Below the pieces are notes generated by a model, which saw only the letters and a list, made by a program, of their open reading frames with translations, did not search any database and was not told the origin of the DNA. Shown here in pieces: positions 13,182 to 26,101 of a stretch of 64,000 nucleotides of DNA (positions within the stretch are counted from its first letter, which is position 1; each line of letters starts with the position of its first letter). The translations under genes were made by a program, and so were the position numbers. The stretch is from the NCBI RefSeq assembly GCF_055900595.2, contig NZ_CM148325.1; one strand, given 5' to 3'.

Positions 13182-16100
13182 ATGAAAAGAATGTTAATCA
13201 ACGCAACTCAGCAGGAAGAGTTGCGCGTTGCCCTTGTAGATGGGCAGCGTCTGTATGACCTGGATATCGAAAGTCCAGGGCACGAACAGAAAAAGGCAAA
13301 CATCTACAAAGGTAAAATCACCCGCATTGAACCGAGTCTGGAAGCTGCTTTTGTTGATTACGGCGCTGAACGTCACGGTTTCCTCCCACTTAAAGAAATT
13401 GCCCGCGAATATTTCCCTGCTAACTACAGTGCTCATGGCCGTCCCAACATTAAAGATGTGTTGCGTGAAGGTCAGGAAGTTATTGTTCAGATTGATAAAG
13501 AAGAGCGCGGTAACAAAGGCGCAGCACTGACCACCTTTATCAGCCTGGCAGGTAGCTATCTGGTTCTGATGCCGAACAACCCGCGCGCGGGTGGTATTTC
13601 TCGCCGTATTGAAGGCGACGACCGTACCGAATTAAAAGAAGCACTGGCAAGCCTTGAACTGCCGGAAGGCATGGGGCTTATCGTGCGCACCGCTGGCGTC
13701 GGCAAATCTGCTGAGGCGCTGCAATGGGATTTAAGCTTCCGCCTGAAACACTGGGAAGCTATTAAAAAAGCCGCTGAAAGCCGCCCTGCCCCGTTCCTGA
13801 TCCATCAGGAGAGCAACGTCATCGTTCGCGCATTCCGCGATTACTTACGTCAGGACATCGGCGAAATCCTTATCGATAACCCGAAAGTGCTCGAACTGGC
13901 GCGTCAGCATATCGCTGCATTAGGTCGCCCGGATTTCAGCAGCAAAATCAAGCTGTACACTGGTGAAATTCCGCTGTTCAGCCACTACCAGATCGAGTCG
14001 CAGATCGAGTCCGCCTTCCAGCGTGAAGTCCGTCTGCCGTCTGGTGGTTCTATTGTTATCGACAGCACTGAAGCGTTAACTGCCATTGATATCAACTCCG
14101 CACGCGCAACCCGCGGCGGCGATATCGAAGAAACCGCGTTTAACACCAACCTCGAAGCTGCCGATGAGATTGCTCGTCAGCTGCGCCTGCGTGACCTCGG
14201 CGGCCTGATTGTTATCGACTTCATTGACATGACGCCAGTCCGCCACCAGCGTGCGGTAGAAAACCGTCTGCGTGAAGCGGTGCGTCAGGACCGTGCACGT
14301 ATTCAAATCAGCCATATTTCTCGCTTTGGTCTGCTGGAAATGTCGCGTCAGCGCCTGAGTCCATCGCTGGGTGAGTCCAGCCATCACGTCTGCCCGCGCT
14401 GCTCTGGTACCGGCACCGTGCGTGACAACGAATCCCTGTCGCTCTCTATTCTGCGTCTGATTGAAGAAGAAGCGCTGAAAGAGAACACCCAGGAAGTCCA
14501 TGCCATTGTTCCTGTGCCAATCGCTTCTTACCTGCTGAACGAAAAACGCTCTGCGGTAAATGCCATTGAAACTCGTCAGGACGGCGTGCGCTGTGTGATT
14601 GTGCCAAACGATCAGATGGAAACCCCGCACTACCATGTGCTGCGCGTACGCAAAGGGGAAGAAACCCCAACGTTAAGCTACATGCTGCCGAAACTGCATG
14701 AAGAAGCGATGGCGCTGCCGTCTGAAGAAGAGTTCGCTGAACGTAAGCGTCCGGAACAGCCTGCGCTGGCAACCTTTGCCATGCCGGATGTGCCGCCAGC
14801 GCCAACCCCGGCTGAACCTGCCGCGCCTGTCGTAGCCCCAACGCCTAAAGCAACACCGGCAACACCAGCAGCTTCTGCACAACCGGGGCTGTTGAGTCGC
14901 TTCTTCAGCGCACTGAAAGCGCTTTTCAGCGGTGGTGAAGAAACCAAACCGACCGAGCAACCGGCACCGAAAACTGAAACGAAACCGGAACGTCAACAGG
15001 ACCGCCGTAAGCCACGTCAGAACAACCGTCGTGACCGTAATGAACGCCGCGACACACGTAGCGAACGTAATGAAGGCAGCGATAATCGCGAAGAAAACCG
15101 CCGTAATCGTCGCCAGGCACAGCAGCAGACTGCCGAGACACGTGAAAGCCGTCAGCAGGCTGAGGTAACGGAAAAAGCGCGTACCACCGACGAGCAGCAA
15201 GCGCCGCGTCGTGAACGTAGCCGCCGCCGTAATGATGATAAACGTCAGGCGCAACAAGAAGCGAAAGCGCTGAATGTTGAAGAGCAATCTGTTCAGGAAA
15301 CCGAACAGGAAGAACGTGTACGTCCGGTTCAGCCGCGTCGTAAACAGCGCCAGCTGAATCAGAAGGTGCGTTACGAGCAAAGCGTAGCCGAAGAAACGGT
15401 AGCCGCACCAGTGGTGGAAGAAACTGCCGCTGCCGAAACCATCGTTCAGGAAGTGCCTGCTCCGCGTACAGAACTGGCGAAAGTCCCGCTGCCAGTCGTA
15501 GCGCAAACTGCGCCGGAACAGCAGGAAGAGAACAATGCTGATAACCGTGATAACGGTGGCATGCCGCGTCGCTCTCGCCGCTCGCCTCGTCACCTGCGCG
15601 TAAGTGGTCAGCGTCGTCGTCGCTATCGTGACGAGCGTTACCCGACCCAGTCGCCAATGCCGTTAACCGTAGCGTGCGCGTCTCCGGAACTGGCCTCTGG
15701 CAAAGTCTGGATCCGCTATCCGATTGTACGTCCGCAAGATGTACAGGTTGAAGAGCAGCGCGAACAGGAAGAAGTACAAGTGCAACCGATGGTGACTGAG
15801 GTCCCTGTCGCCGCCGCTGTCGAACCGGTTGTTAGCGCACCGATTGTTGAAGAAGTGGCTGAAGTCGTAGAAGCCCCCGTTCAGGTTACCGAACCGCAAC
15901 CGGAAGTGGTTGAAACGACGCATCCTGAAGTGATTGCCGCCGCGGTAACTGAACAGCCGCAGGTGATTACCGAGTCTGATGTTGCCGTAGCCCAGGAAGT
16001 TGCAGAACACGCAGAACCGGTGGTTGAACCGCAGGAAGAGACGGCTGATATTGAAGAAGTTGCCGAAACTGCTGAGGTTGTGGTTGCTGAGCCTGAAGTT

Positions 16101-16367
16101 GTTGCTCAACCTGCCGCGCCAGTCGTCGCTGAAGTCGCAGCAGAAGTTGAAACGGTAGCTGCGGTTGAACCTGAGGTCACCGTTGAGCATAACCACGCTA
16201 CCGCGCCAATGACGCGTGCTCCGGCTCCGGCATATGTTCCGGAGGCACCGCGTCACAGTGACTGGCAGCGCCCTGCTTTTACCTTCGAAGGTAAAGGTGC
16301 CGCAGGTGGTCATACGGCAACGCATCATGCATCTGCCGCTCCTGCGCGTCCGCAACCTGTTGAGTAA
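13182..16367 (+). CDS. rne: ribonuclease E
   Basis: 1061 aa: S1/catalytic N-terminal half ([30 protein letters not shown]) and low-complexity Arg/Glu/Pro-rich C-terminal scaffold. Confidence 0.98.
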   Translation: MKRMLINATQQEELRVALVDGQRLYDLDIESPGHEQKKANIYKGKITRIEPSLEAAFVDYGAERHGFLPLKEIAREYFPANYSAHGRPNIKDVLREGQEVIVQIDKEERGNKGAALTTFISLAGSYLVLMPNNPRAGGISRRIEGDDRTELKEALASLELPEGMGLIVRTAGVGKSAEALQWDLSFRLKHWEAIKKAAESRPAPFLIHQESNVIVRAFRDYLRQDIGEILIDNPKVLELARQHIAALGRPDFSSKIKLYTGEIPLFSHYQIESQIESAFQREVRLPSGGSIVIDSTEALTAIDINSARATRGGDIEETAFNTNLEAADEIARQLRLRDLGGLIVIDFIDMTPVRHQRAVENRLREAVRQDRARIQISHISRFGLLEMSRQRLSPSLGESSHHVCPRCSGTGTVRDNESLSLSILRLIEEEALKENTQEVHAIVPVPIASYLLNEKRSAVNAIETRQDGVRCVIVPNDQMETPHYHVLRVRKGEETPTLSYMLPKLHEEAMALPSEEEFAERKRPEQPALATFAMPDVPPAPTPAEPAAPVVAPTPKATPATPAASAQPGLLSRFFSALKALFSGGEETKPTEQPAPKTETKPERQQDRRKPRQNNRRDRNERRDTRSERNEGSDNREENRRNRRQAQQQTAETRESRQQAEVTEKARTTDEQQAPRRERSRRRNDDKRQAQQEAKALNVEEQSVQETEQEERVRPVQPRRKQRQLNQKVRYEQSVAEETVAAPVVEETAAAETIVQEVPAPRTELAKVPLPVVAQTAPEQQEENNADNRDNGGMPRRSRRSPRHLRVSGQRRRRYRDERYPTQSPMPLTVACASPELASGKVWIRYPIVRPQDVQVEEQREQEEVQVQPMVTEVPVAAAVEPVVSAPIVEEVAEVVEAPVQVTEPQPEVVETTHPEVIAAAVTEQPQVITESDVAVAQEVAEHAEPVVEPQEETADIEEVAETAEVVVAEPEVVAQPAAPVVAEVAAEVETVAAVEPEVTVEHNHATAPMTRAPAPAYVPEAPRHSDWQRPAFTFEGKGAAGGHTATHHASAAPARPQPVE

Positions 16368-16387
16368 TAATTAGCTCAAGTAATCAA

Positions 16388-16415
16388 GCCCTGGTAACTG
16401 CCAGGGCTTTTTTAT
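16388..16415 (+). terminator. rne intrinsic terminator
   Basis: GCCCTGGTAACTGCCAGGGC hairpin followed by TTTTTT. Confidence 0.75.
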
Positions 16416-16551
16416 TTCATCTTTGAATCAACATATTAAATGGCATCCTTGCTAACCAACAATACAAAATAGGCAAAAAAATGCCCGCCCCGGCGATCCC
16501 AGAGCGGGCAGACAAAACATACCCAGTTTCATGATATGTTTTAAAGCGAGC

Positions 16552-17505
16552 TTATTTGTTGAGCTGGAACAGCGACAATCCCTGCATATCTGTAAATGCT
16601 TTATACGATGCCTGCAATGCCGTTTGCTGCATGATGTAAGATGAAATAGTTGCATTCCAGTCCACATCAACCAGATCGCTCATCTGCTGCGTTTGCCCTA
16701 AAGCGCGATCGCTACCTAATGAATCCAGCGACTCCAGTTCGTTCAGCTGCGTGCCTAATTCCGCGCGAACGGTCAGCACATTGTTCAGCGAGTTTTTCAG
16801 TCCGCGGTTGGTTTTATCCAGTGCCGCAGCGGCGGTTTCTTTATCCGCTTCGCTTTCCGCGACCGGCGTTTTCAGGGCTGCGATGGCGCTATCCAGCATG
16901 GCAAAAAGATTGGTTTCAGAAGCGCTACCGTCTGGTTCCGCTACCGCGTTGCTGGTAATACTGTCGAAAATTTTGTCACCCGTGTGCCCTATCACCATCG
17001 AACGCGAAGCATCGACCTGTTGTTTAATACTTTCTGCTCCGCCAACATATTCGCCGTCTGCCTCACTAAACGGCGCAGTTTCTGTTTTATAACCGGCAAA
17101 AATGTAGCGCCCGTTACCATCCGTAGTGTTCGCCAGATTCAGCAACTGGTCACGAATACCCTGGATATCGGTTGCCAACGACGCCCGGTCATCATCACTC
17201 AAGGTGCCATTGCTGGCGTAGACAATTTTTTCCTGAGCATTCTGGATAGCAGTGGTGACCTGGCTAAGCACACTCTCTTCCAGTGACACTTTTTGAGTGG
17301 CGAAAGTACGCGCCAGCGTGTACTGGCTGTTTTGCGCCTGTGCCTGGGAGAGAACAACAGCTTGTGATGCAGCAATGGGATCATCTGAAGGGTTAACGAC
17401 TCGCTTACCCGTCGACATCTGTTCGCCGTACTTCATCCATTCGGCCTGAGAATTGGTGATGCCACGCATGTTTTGCTGGTACATCATCTGGGTACTGAAA
17501 CGCAT
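16552..17505 (-). CDS. flgL: flagellar hook-filament junction protein 2 (HAP3)
   Basis: 317 aa; conserved flg operon position; minus-strand hairpin plus T-run downstream at about 16480..16515. Confidence 0.95.
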   Translation of the reverse strand: MRFSTQMMYQQNMRGITNSQAEWMKYGEQMSTGKRVVNPSDDPIAASQAVVLSQAQAQNSQYTLARTFATQKVSLEESVLSQVTTAIQNAQEKIVYASNGTLSDDDRASLATDIQGIRDQLLNLANTTDGNGRYIFAGYKTETAPFSEADGEYVGGAESIKQQVDASRSMVIGHTGDKIFDSITSNAVAEPDGSASETNLFAMLDSAIAALKTPVAESEADKETAAAALDKTNRGLKNSLNNVLTVRAELGTQLNELESLDSLGSDRALGQTQQMSDLVDVDWNATISSYIMQQTALQASYKAFTDMQGLSLFQLNK

Positions 17506-17516
17506 TTTATCTCCCC

Positions 17517-19160
17517 TTAGCGAATGTTAATCAGCGCATCAAAAATCGCGTTTGCCGTCTGCAGAACCTGCGCATTCGCGAGGTAATACTGCTGAAAACG
17601 TTGCAGATTTCCGTACTCCTCGTCGAGATTGACACCAGAAATCGACTGCTGCTGATTGGAAAGCTGCGTCACCACATTACCTTGCGTGGTGCTACTGGTT
17701 TTCAACGTCGCGGTTTTATTACCGATATCACTCACTAACGAGGCATAAGCGTCGTTAAAGGATTTCGCACCGCCCACCGTTTTACTGTTACTTTGCAGAT
17801 CCAGCAGGGCCTGCCCGTTGCGGTTGTCGCTATCACCCGCATCTTCTTCGCTCGCCATGGCGATTTTCGCTTCGTCAGTGATTAATACATCCATGTTGAC
17901 GATGGCGTCACTTACCGGTTTCAGCGTGAAGCTGTCGTTAGCGGCAGGCGTGCCTGTAAACGTCAACTCCAGACCATCAAATACAACTTTACCGTTGTTA
18001 TCCGGCGTCACCGTAAAAGTGGTGTTGCTGGCAAGGCGGGTGACCTGCCACTGATTATTGTCGAACGAAATTTTGTAATCTGTCGCCAGTACCGCGGAGG
18101 CATCAGTTACCGTTGCACCGATCGAAACGTCACCTTTGTTTTTCGTGTTTTGCAGAACCGCGGGCTTACCGATAGCAAAGAAATCTTCACCGGCATCGCC
18201 GTTAGCATCAAATCCGGCTTTGTGTTGGGTGTTGAAAGCCTCGGCAAATGCCAGCGCCAGTTGTCCGAGCGTATTACGCGTCTGGTCCAGATCCTGAGAA
18301 CGGAATGTCAGAATGCCGCCCAGCGACCCGGTATTCAGTAATTTCTCCGGGATCTCAATATTGCCTGCCGTCCCATCAACATAAGCGACAGTCGTACGAG
18401 AAGGGTCGGCGCTGGAAGGAACTGCCGCAAGTTGCCGCGCCGTACTTCCCTGAACCAGTGAGTAGCCATTGGCCATCGTGATGTTATAAGTGCCACCATC
18501 CTGAACGCTGACTTCTACGCCAACAATCTGGTTTAATTCGCTCACCAGTTGATCGCGTTGATCCAGCAGATTGTTAGGTGACGCCCCTGCCCCCACGCCT
18601 GTCAGGCGGGAGATCTGATCGTTCAGGCTGGCGATTTGTTTAGCGTAATTGTTGATCTGATCAACGCTGGCACCTATCGCGATATTGACCTGTTTGTCCT
18701 GGTCGCGCAGATATTGATCGGTGGTTTTAAACTGATTCACCAACCCTTCTGATTTCCCAATCAGCGCCTGGCGTGCTGCCGGGTCTTCCGCGTTACTTAC
18801 CAGCGTTTGCAGGCTTGTGAAGAAATCCTGCATCTGTGTTGCCAGCGAAGAGGTACTGGTGGAGAGCATATTGTCGATTTTCGACATCTGCTCATAGCGG
18901 GCAGTCAGGCCGCTACTTTGCGTCTGCGCCGCACGTAACTGGTTGGTAATAAAAGCATCATACTCACGCTGCACACCGGAAACGTAGACACCATTGCCAA
19001 CCCAGCCACCCGCGCCCAACGTGCTGTTGGCCTGCGCCATAATAGTGGTTTGGCGGGTATATCCGGCAACGTTATAGCTGGAGATATTATTACTTGCCGT
19101 ATTTAACGCCGCCTGAGCCGCGTTCAGTCCGCTCATGGCGTTATTGATCAAGCTGGACAT
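17517..19160 (-). CDS. flgK: flagellar hook-filament junction protein 1 (HAP1)
   Basis: 547 aa, MSSLINNAMSGLNAAQAALNTASNNISSYNVAGYTRQ N-terminus. Confidence 0.96.
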   Translation of the reverse strand: MSSLINNAMSGLNAAQAALNTASNNISSYNVAGYTRQTTIMAQANSTLGAGGWVGNGVYVSGVQREYDAFITNQLRAAQTQSSGLTARYEQMSKIDNMLSTSTSSLATQMQDFFTSLQTLVSNAEDPAARQALIGKSEGLVNQFKTTDQYLRDQDKQVNIAIGASVDQINNYAKQIASLNDQISRLTGVGAGASPNNLLDQRDQLVSELNQIVGVEVSVQDGGTYNITMANGYSLVQGSTARQLAAVPSSADPSRTTVAYVDGTAGNIEIPEKLLNTGSLGGILTFRSQDLDQTRNTLGQLALAFAEAFNTQHKAGFDANGDAGEDFFAIGKPAVLQNTKNKGDVSIGATVTDASAVLATDYKISFDNNQWQVTRLASNTTFTVTPDNNGKVVFDGLELTFTGTPAANDSFTLKPVSDAIVNMDVLITDEAKIAMASEEDAGDSDNRNGQALLDLQSNSKTVGGAKSFNDAYASLVSDIGNKTATLKTSSTTQGNVVTQLSNQQQSISGVNLDEEYGNLQRFQQYYLANAQVLQTANAIFDALINIR

Positions 19161-19169
19161 GGAGGTTCC

Positions 19170-19215
19170 TTATAAGCCTTCAATTACAGAGTATTATCGG
19201 CAGCGACACGCCGGA
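19170..19215 (-). promoter_or_regulatory. candidate sigma-28 (FliA) class 3 promoter for flgKL
   Basis: Minus strand carries GCCGATAA -10 element (plus-strand 19194..19201) about 35 nt upstream of flgK ATG; -35 match is weak. Confidence 0.45.
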
Positions 19216-19225
19216 CTTGAGTTAT

Positions 19226-20167
19226 TCAGAACAGATTATCAATGTTCATGCTGTAGGTTTTGCTCACCTTGTCGCTTATCGATTTCATCTGCTGAATCAT
19301 GTTGGTGAGTTTTCGGGCATAGTGAGGATCGGTAGCATAGCCCGCGTCCTGTAGGGCCTGCGCCCCCTGCTCCGCACTCGCGGCGGTCGTCACGGCAGCG
19401 TAGCGCGGGTTACGTGTTAATAGCCCAACGTAATCCGACAATGCTTCCAGATACGAGCTGTAGACCCGAAACTTCGCTTTTACTTTCTTCGCTTCGCCAT
19501 TTTCATATTCAGTCGTGGTGATTTCAGTGACTGGCCCTTTCCAGTTGCCAGAGGCTTTGACGCCAAACAGGTTATAGCTCGGCTCGCCGTTTTCACGGCG
19601 GATTTGCCGTTGCCCCCAGCCAGACTCCAGCGCCGCCTGAGCGAGGATCAAATGGTGTGGCACACCACTTTGCTGGCTTGCCAGTTGGGCGGGCAGTGAG
19701 AGTTGCGCGAGGAATGCTTTACTGTCACCTGGCAGCGAATCATCGTAGTTGCGTGGTACGGCCTTTTGCACCAGCTGCGAAAGCGTCTGATTTTGATAAC
19801 GCATCACGGTTTCGAGCGGGAATTTCATCGGTGCTGCTGGCGTGGACTCATCTGGCAACGGTTGTTCTGGCGTCATCTGTTTAACCATCATCTCTGCCAG
19901 CCCCAGGCCTTTGCCCGCCGTCATCTGTTGGGCAATCTGCTGGTCATACATACTGGTGTAGAGGCGAGTGTGCTCGCTGCTGAACAGGCCATCTTTTGGC
20001 AAAGCGTCGCGCATGCTTTTCAGCATCATCTGCACGAACATCCCTTCTACCTGACGGGCCACTGGACGGATATTTGCCGCTGGATCTTCGCCCGCTTTCG
20101 CCTTCAGTTCGTTGAGCGATTGCGCATCCCAGGCCGCACTCGCCAGTAGTTTGCTGTCGCTGATCAT
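19226..20167 (-). CDS. flgJ: flagellar rod-assembly protein and peptidoglycan hydrolase FlgJ
   Basis: ORF track trimmed to [17 protein letters not shown] (313 aa); start overlaps flgI stop. Confidence 0.93.
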   Translation of the reverse strand: MISDSKLLASAAWDAQSLNELKAKAGEDPAANIRPVARQVEGMFVQMMLKSMRDALPKDGLFSSEHTRLYTSMYDQQIAQQMTAGKGLGLAEMMVKQMTPEQPLPDESTPAAPMKFPLETVMRYQNQTLSQLVQKAVPRNYDDSLPGDSKAFLAQLSLPAQLASQQSGVPHHLILAQAALESGWGQRQIRRENGEPSYNLFGVKASGNWKGPVTEITTTEYENGEAKKVKAKFRVYSSYLEALSDYVGLLTRNPRYAAVTTAASAEQGAQALQDAGYATDPHYARKLTNMIQQMKSISDKVSKTYSMNIDNLF

Positions 20168-21267
20168 CAGATAATTTCCAGTTTTGCCCGCAGACATCCC
20201 GCACTTTGCATTGATTGCAAAATAGACATCAGATCCATCGGCGTAGCACCCAGCGCATTGAGCGCGCGCACCACGTTATTGAGGCTGGCACTGGAGCGTA
20301 CGCTTTGCAGCGAACCGCCGCTCTGGCGTAAGTCGATCTGTGTTTGTGGAGTAACCACAGTCTGCCCACCACCAAACGGTGTATCTGGCTGGCTGACATT
20401 GGCCTGGCGATTAACTGTTACTGAGAGATTCCCCTGCGCTACCGCGCAGCTGTCGAGGGTCACTTCGCGATTCATCACCACCGAACCAGTGCGCGAGTTA
20501 ATCACTACTTTAGCGTCCTGCGGGGTGACATTAACCTGCATATTCTGGATATCGGCAAGGAAACGGACCTGGGAACTGTTGCCACTCGGTACGCGCACCT
20601 GAATAGTCCGCGCATCTAACGCGGTGGCGCTGCCATATCCACGCACGCGGTTGATGGTGTCAGCGATTTGCTGCGCCATACTGAAATCTTCGTCGTTAAG
20701 TTGCAAATTAAGGGTATTCCCGACGCCAAATTGGCTGGGCAATTCACGTTCAATAACCGCACCATTGGTGATCCGTCCACCGTTCAGTTGGTTCACCTGA
20801 ACACTGCTACCGCCAGCGGAGGCCCCTGCGCCGCCAACCAGAATATTGCCCTGTGCCAGCGCATACACCTGACTGTCAACGCCCTTAAGCGGTGTCATCA
20901 ATAACGTACCGCCACGCAGACTTTTGGCATTTCCCATGGAAGAAACCACCACGTCAATGGTTTGCCCCTGACGTCCAAACGGTGGAAGTGACGCCGTCAC
21001 CATTACCGCAGCGACGTTTTTTAGCTGCATATTAGTGCCCGTCGGAACGGTAATTCCCAGCTGTGAGAGCATGTTATTAAGCGTTTGTGTGGTAAACGGC
21101 GTCTGAGTTGTCTGGTCACCGGTGCCATCCAGCCCCACCACCAGGCCATAGCCAATCAGTGAGTTTTGCCTTACCCCCTGAACACTGGTGAGATCGCGAA
21201 TACGCTCAGCCTGAGCTGCCGTGATAACCAGTAGAAGAATTAATGCAGAGAGAAATTTAATCACCAC
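20167..21267 (-). CDS. flgI: flagellar P-ring protein
   Basis: 366 aa with signal peptide (M)[19 protein letters not shown]. Confidence 0.95.
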   Translation of the reverse strand: MVIKFLSALILLLVITAAQAERIRDLTSVQGVRQNSLIGYGLVVGLDGTGDQTTQTPFTTQTLNNMLSQLGITVPTGTNMQLKNVAAVMVTASLPPFGRQGQTIDVVVSSMGNAKSLRGGTLLMTPLKGVDSQVYALAQGNILVGGAGASAGGSSVQVNQLNGGRITNGAVIERELPSQFGVGNTLNLQLNDEDFSMAQQIADTINRVRGYGSATALDARTIQVRVPSGNSSQVRFLADIQNMQVNVTPQDAKVVINSRTGSVVMNREVTLDSCAVAQGNLSVTVNRQANVSQPDTPFGGGQTVVTPQTQIDLRQSGGSLQSVRSSASLNNVVRALNALGATPMDLMSILQSMQSAGCLRAKLEII

Positions 21268-21275
21268 AGCCTCAC

Positions 21276-21974
21276 TTACATTGGCGACAGGTTAAGGAAG
21301 AAACGCTGCAACCAGCCCATATTTTGCGCTTCGTTAATGTAGCCATTGCCTACGTATTCAATGCGCGCATCCGCCACCTGAGTAGACGGTACGGTATTAC
21401 TGCCGCTGATGGTGCGAGGATTAACTACACCAGAGAAGCGAATAAATTCGGTACCCTGATTAATGGCGATCTGTTTTTCACCCACCACATGCAGGTTGCC
21501 GTTGACCAGTACCTGGTCAACCGTCACCGTCAACGTGCCGCTAAAGGTATTGCTGGCATTGGCCCCACCTTTTCCGTTGAACGTGTTGCCACCAGAGGCT
21601 TCGACATCGGCACGAGCGTTACCAAACAGCCCCTGCAAATAGCGCGGCACAGTATCAAAGCCAAAATTAGTTTTACCGTCACGGCTGGCATTCGCAGAGG
21701 AGCTTTTGCTGGCGCTGACGTTCTCCTGCAACACGATGGTCAGCGTATCGCCAATATTGCGTGGTCGACGATCTTCAAACAGCGGTTGATAGCCATAGTT
21801 AATCGGCTGAGCAGACTGGAAAATAGAACCGTTGGCGACGGGCGTCGGACCGGGAACCGGTTGTGCACTGGTCGCCCCCTGTACCAGCGGCGTGGAGGGT
21901 ATCCAGGCGCAGCCGGTTAGTGAAAGCACCAACAAGCTGGAAATGGCATAAGTATGCGCAGCGTTTTTTTGCAT
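21276..21974 (-). CDS. flgH: flagellar L-ring lipoprotein
   Basis: Trimmed to [22 protein letters not shown] lipobox start (232 aa). Confidence 0.94.
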   Translation of the reverse strand: MQKNAAHTYAISSLLVLSLTGCAWIPSTPLVQGATSAQPVPGPTPVANGSIFQSAQPINYGYQPLFEDRRPRNIGDTLTIVLQENVSASKSSSANASRDGKTNFGFDTVPRYLQGLFGNARADVEASGGNTFNGKGGANASNTFSGTLTVTVDQVLVNGNLHVVGEKQIAINQGTEFIRFSGVVNPRTISGSNTVPSTQVADARIEYVGNGYINEAQNMGWLQRFFLNLSPM

Positions 21975-22026
21975 GGCTATCATCTTCAAAAATCAGTAAA
22001 CCGGTGAATCTGCCACCGGTTATGCC

Positions 22027-22827
<801 letters not shown>

Positions 22828-22851
22828 TTATTGACAAAATGCATATGTCTT

Positions 22852-22890
<39 letters not shown>

Positions 22891-22980
22891 GAGCTCGCGA
22901 AATCAATAAATTGCGATTGCCCCCATAGACCCGATAAACTTGCGCATCGGGCAACTTATTCTTGTCATGTATCCGTTCAA

Positions 22981-23736
22981 TTAACTCATCGACAGCAGTT
23001 GGTTGGCACGGCCTGCGTTATCATCGACGCTGCTGATCACCTTCATCTGCATTTCAAAACGCCGCGCGCTGGCAATCATGTCGCTCATTGCCGCAACGGC
23101 ATTGACGTTACTGCCTTCCAGAACCCCCGACATCACACGTAAGGTTGGATCTGCCTGCAGTACCGGCCCACGCGTAGCCTGGCTTTCTGCGCTTAAACGA
23201 AAAATGCCGTCGTCACCGCGCTGCACTTCGCTGCCCGTGGCTTTCACCAGCTTCAGACGCCCCACTGGCGCGACAGTATTTGCCGGATCGCCAGAATTCA
23301 GCGCCGAGATTGTGCCATCGGCAGCAACAGTGATTTCCGCCCCTTCCGGCACAGCAATTGGCCCCGCCTCGCCGATCACCGGATGCCCCTGAATTGTCAG
23401 TTGCCCGGTGGGATCAACCTGAATGCTGCCATTACGCGTATATCCTTCGCTGCCGTCAGCGGTCTGCACGGCCAGCCAGCCGTCCTGCTGCAACGCGACG
23501 TCCAGCGGGCGCGAGGTGTAATCCATCTTACCGGGCGTCATGTCAGCACCCGGTGTTGACGCCGTAACCAGCGTGCGCGTGGGTAGTGAAAGCCCTTCCA
23601 CCGGCACTGCACGCAAGGCGTTTAACTGTGCGCGAAAACCGGGCGTAGAGGCATTGGCCAGATTACTGGCGGTCACCGCCTGTTGATTCAGCGTCTGGCT
23701 GGCTGCCCCCATCGCGGTATAAATTGCGTGATCCAT
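22981..23736 (-). CDS. flgF: flagellar proximal rod protein
   Basis: 251 aa rod-family protein. Confidence 0.95.
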   Translation of the reverse strand: MDHAIYTAMGAASQTLNQQAVTASNLANASTPGFRAQLNALRAVPVEGLSLPTRTLVTASTPGADMTPGKMDYTSRPLDVALQQDGWLAVQTADGSEGYTRNGSIQVDPTGQLTIQGHPVIGEAGPIAVPEGAEITVAADGTISALNSGDPANTVAPVGRLKLVKATGSEVQRGDDGIFRLSAESQATRGPVLQADPTLRVMSGVLEGSNVNAVAAMSDMIASARRFEMQMKVISSVDDNAGRANQLLSMS

Positions 23737-23755
23737 TGAGCTATCCCGTCAGCGA

Positions 23756-24961
23756 TTAGCGTAAGTTAACCAGCGTGTTGAGGATCTGGTCCTGGGTTTT
23801 GATGGTCTGGGCGTTAGACTGATAGTTACGCTGGGCAACGATCATATTGACCAGTTCTTTGCTGAGATCGACATTGGACGCTTCCAGCGCACCGTTGGTC
23901 AGGGTGCCAAAGTTGCCCGTCCCGGCTGTCCCCAACAGCGCCACGCCAGAAGATTGCGTCGCAGACCAGACGTTGTCGCCTTCGGATGCCAGACCTTCGT
24001 TGTTGGCAAAGTTCGCCAGTACAATCTGCCCCAGCAGTTGGGTTTGTTCGTTGGAATAGTTGCCGACAACCGTACCGTCATCATTGATTTGATAACTCAC
24101 CAGATCGCCCGGTTTATAGCCGTTCTGGGTGGTTGCCACAATGTTGTTAGCACCGGTATTTTGCTGCATGGAGTTGAGGAAGCTCAGGCTAAACGTGGCG
24201 GGATCTGCGCCGTTAATTGCGCCGGTGGTAATATCCTTTGTTGGATCTGAGGTCAGAACGCCATTGGCATTAAACACCAGCGTCGTTGCAGGGTTAGCTG
24301 TGCCTTTTGGATCACTGCTATCCAGGGTGTAAACATCCCAGTTATTATCCCCGGTCTTCACAAAATAAACGCTCATATCATGAGCATTACCCTGACTATC
24401 GAAAACAGTCACCGAACCTTTTTTGTTATAGCTATCCGCATTGCTGGCATCGAATCCTTTAACAGAGGGAAGCGGATCACTGGAATTCAGGTTGATCTGC
24501 ATCGACGCCGTGGTGGTAGTTTTCGCTGCCATCAGGGTATTCGGGATCGAAATATTGGTCGGATTCGCCCCTTGTTGAATAGTCGGCGGCGTACCGGTTG
24601 CCGGATACCCCGTCAGCTGTAATCCTTGCATATTCACCAGGTTACGATTTTCATCGAGCTTAAATTGTCCATTACGGCTGTAAAAAACCGAACCATTGCT
24701 GTCTACCAGACGGAAAAAACCATTCTGGCTGATAGCAACGTCCAGACCTCGCCCGGTGTTGGTGGTCGTGCCATCGGTAAAGTCCTGAGTGATACCGGCA
24801 ACTTTTACCCCCAGTCCCACTTTCGAACCGGCAAACATATCGGCAAAAGAGGCCGTGCCTGATTTAAAGCCGTAGGTGGCGGAGTTGGCGATATTGTTGC
24901 CAATAACATCGAGGTTGGTGGCGGCAGCGTTTAATCCGCTAACCGCTTGAGAAAAGGCCAT
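23756..24961 (-). CDS. flgE: flagellar hook protein
   Basis: 401 aa, MAFSQAVSGLNAAATNLDVIGNNIANSAT. Confidence 0.96.
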   Translation of the reverse strand: MAFSQAVSGLNAAATNLDVIGNNIANSATYGFKSGTASFADMFAGSKVGLGVKVAGITQDFTDGTTTNTGRGLDVAISQNGFFRLVDSNGSVFYSRNGQFKLDENRNLVNMQGLQLTGYPATGTPPTIQQGANPTNISIPNTLMAAKTTTTASMQINLNSSDPLPSVKGFDASNADSYNKKGSVTVFDSQGNAHDMSVYFVKTGDNNWDVYTLDSSDPKGTANPATTLVFNANGVLTSDPTKDITTGAINGADPATFSLSFLNSMQQNTGANNIVATTQNGYKPGDLVSYQINDDGTVVGNYSNEQTQLLGQIVLANFANNEGLASEGDNVWSATQSSGVALLGTAGTGNFGTLTNGALEASNVDLSKELVNMIVAQRNYQSNAQTIKTQDQILNTLVNLR

Positions 24962-24986
24962 GACTGACTCCTGAAATTTGAGGGCT

Positions 24987-25682
24987 TTAAATTATCTGCC
25001 GTACTTCGTCGAGGGTGGTGGTGCCGTAAGTGCCGAGATCCAGCGTATTACCGTTGTTGCCGCGGATCACCCCCTGCACCAGAGCAAACTGCAGCGGCTG
25101 GGCAACCAGTTGTGTACCACCGTTACTGGCGCTAATCGCTACATTGTAAGAACCGTTCGGCGCAGTGCTGCCGTCAGTCAACGTACCGTCCCAGGTGAAA
25201 CTGTGGACTCCGGCAGTCAGTTCACCGATATCAATGGTACGGACAACCGCGCCGTTTTTATCGGTGATGGTGGCCGTAACTTTGTCTGCCGCCTGCTGCA
25301 ACTCAACACCAAACGGCGTGGTCGTGGTCACAGCCCCTTCCTCACTGCCGGTTCCGGCAAGAACTGTGGTGCCGGGGATCATCACACCGTGACCGATCAG
25401 GTTACTGGCCTGTAGCGACTGGCTGTTATCAATCTGTCCGGAAATAGATCCGAGTGTAGTATTGAGTTTTTCTATCCCGCTGACCGTGCTGATTTGCGCC
25501 AATTGCGACGTCAGCTCGTTGTTTTCCATTGGATTGGTCGGGTCCTGGTTTTTCAGCTGCGCCACCAGCAAAGTCAGAAAACTGCTTTGTAAATCTGCGG
25601 CGTTGCTACCCGTGAGCGAGCTACTGCTGGTGGTGCTAACGCCGGTATTTGTCGGATCGGTGGTGGTTACCGCAATGGACAT
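24987..25682 (-). CDS. flgD: flagellar hook capping/scaffold protein
   Basis: 231 aa; conserved position. Confidence 0.95.
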   Translation of the reverse strand: MSIAVTTTDPTNTGVSTTSSSSLTGSNAADLQSSFLTLLVAQLKNQDPTNPMENNELTSQLAQISTVSGIEKLNTTLGSISGQIDNSQSLQASNLIGHGVMIPGTTVLAGTGSEEGAVTTTTPFGVELQQAADKVTATITDKNGAVVRTIDIGELTAGVHSFTWDGTLTDGSTAPNGSYNVAISASNGGTQLVAQPLQFALVQGVIRGNNGNTLDLGTYGTTTLDEVRQII

Positions 25683-25693
25683 AGATTTCTCCT

Positions 25694-26098
25694 TTATTGA
25701 CCAAGCGTAAGGGTTTTCAGCATCATGCTTTTCACCGTGTTGAGCACTTCAACATTGGCCTGATAGCTGCGTGATGCTGACATGGTGTTAACCATCTCGC
25801 CGACAACATCAACGTTTGGCATTTTCACGTAGCCCTTTGCATCCGCCAGCGGATTACCCGGTTCATAAACCAGTTTGTCCGGAGCCTGACTTTCTATAAC
25901 ATCGGCAACCTTTACGCCGCCTGTCGCAGCGCCTGGCGCAGCGTTCACCTGGAATACCACCTGTTTTGCCCGATATGGCTGTCCATCGGGACCGGTCACG
26001 CTATCAGCATTCGCCAGATTACTGGCCGCCACATTCAGGCGCTGGGACTGGGCAGTTAACGCCGACCCGGCGATATCAAAAATGTTCAGCAGTGCCAT
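25694..26098 (-). CDS. flgC: flagellar proximal rod protein
   Basis: 134 aa. Confidence 0.96.
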
Positions 26099-26101
26099 CC
26101 G

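Noticed and set aside
14076-16355. Several long minus-strand ORFs (186-306 aa) inside rne
   Set aside because: They are antisense to the RNase E C-terminal scaffold and their translations are low-complexity Arg/Phe/Leu/Cys-rich strings typical of reading a GC-rich repetitive region out of frame. rne fully explains the region.
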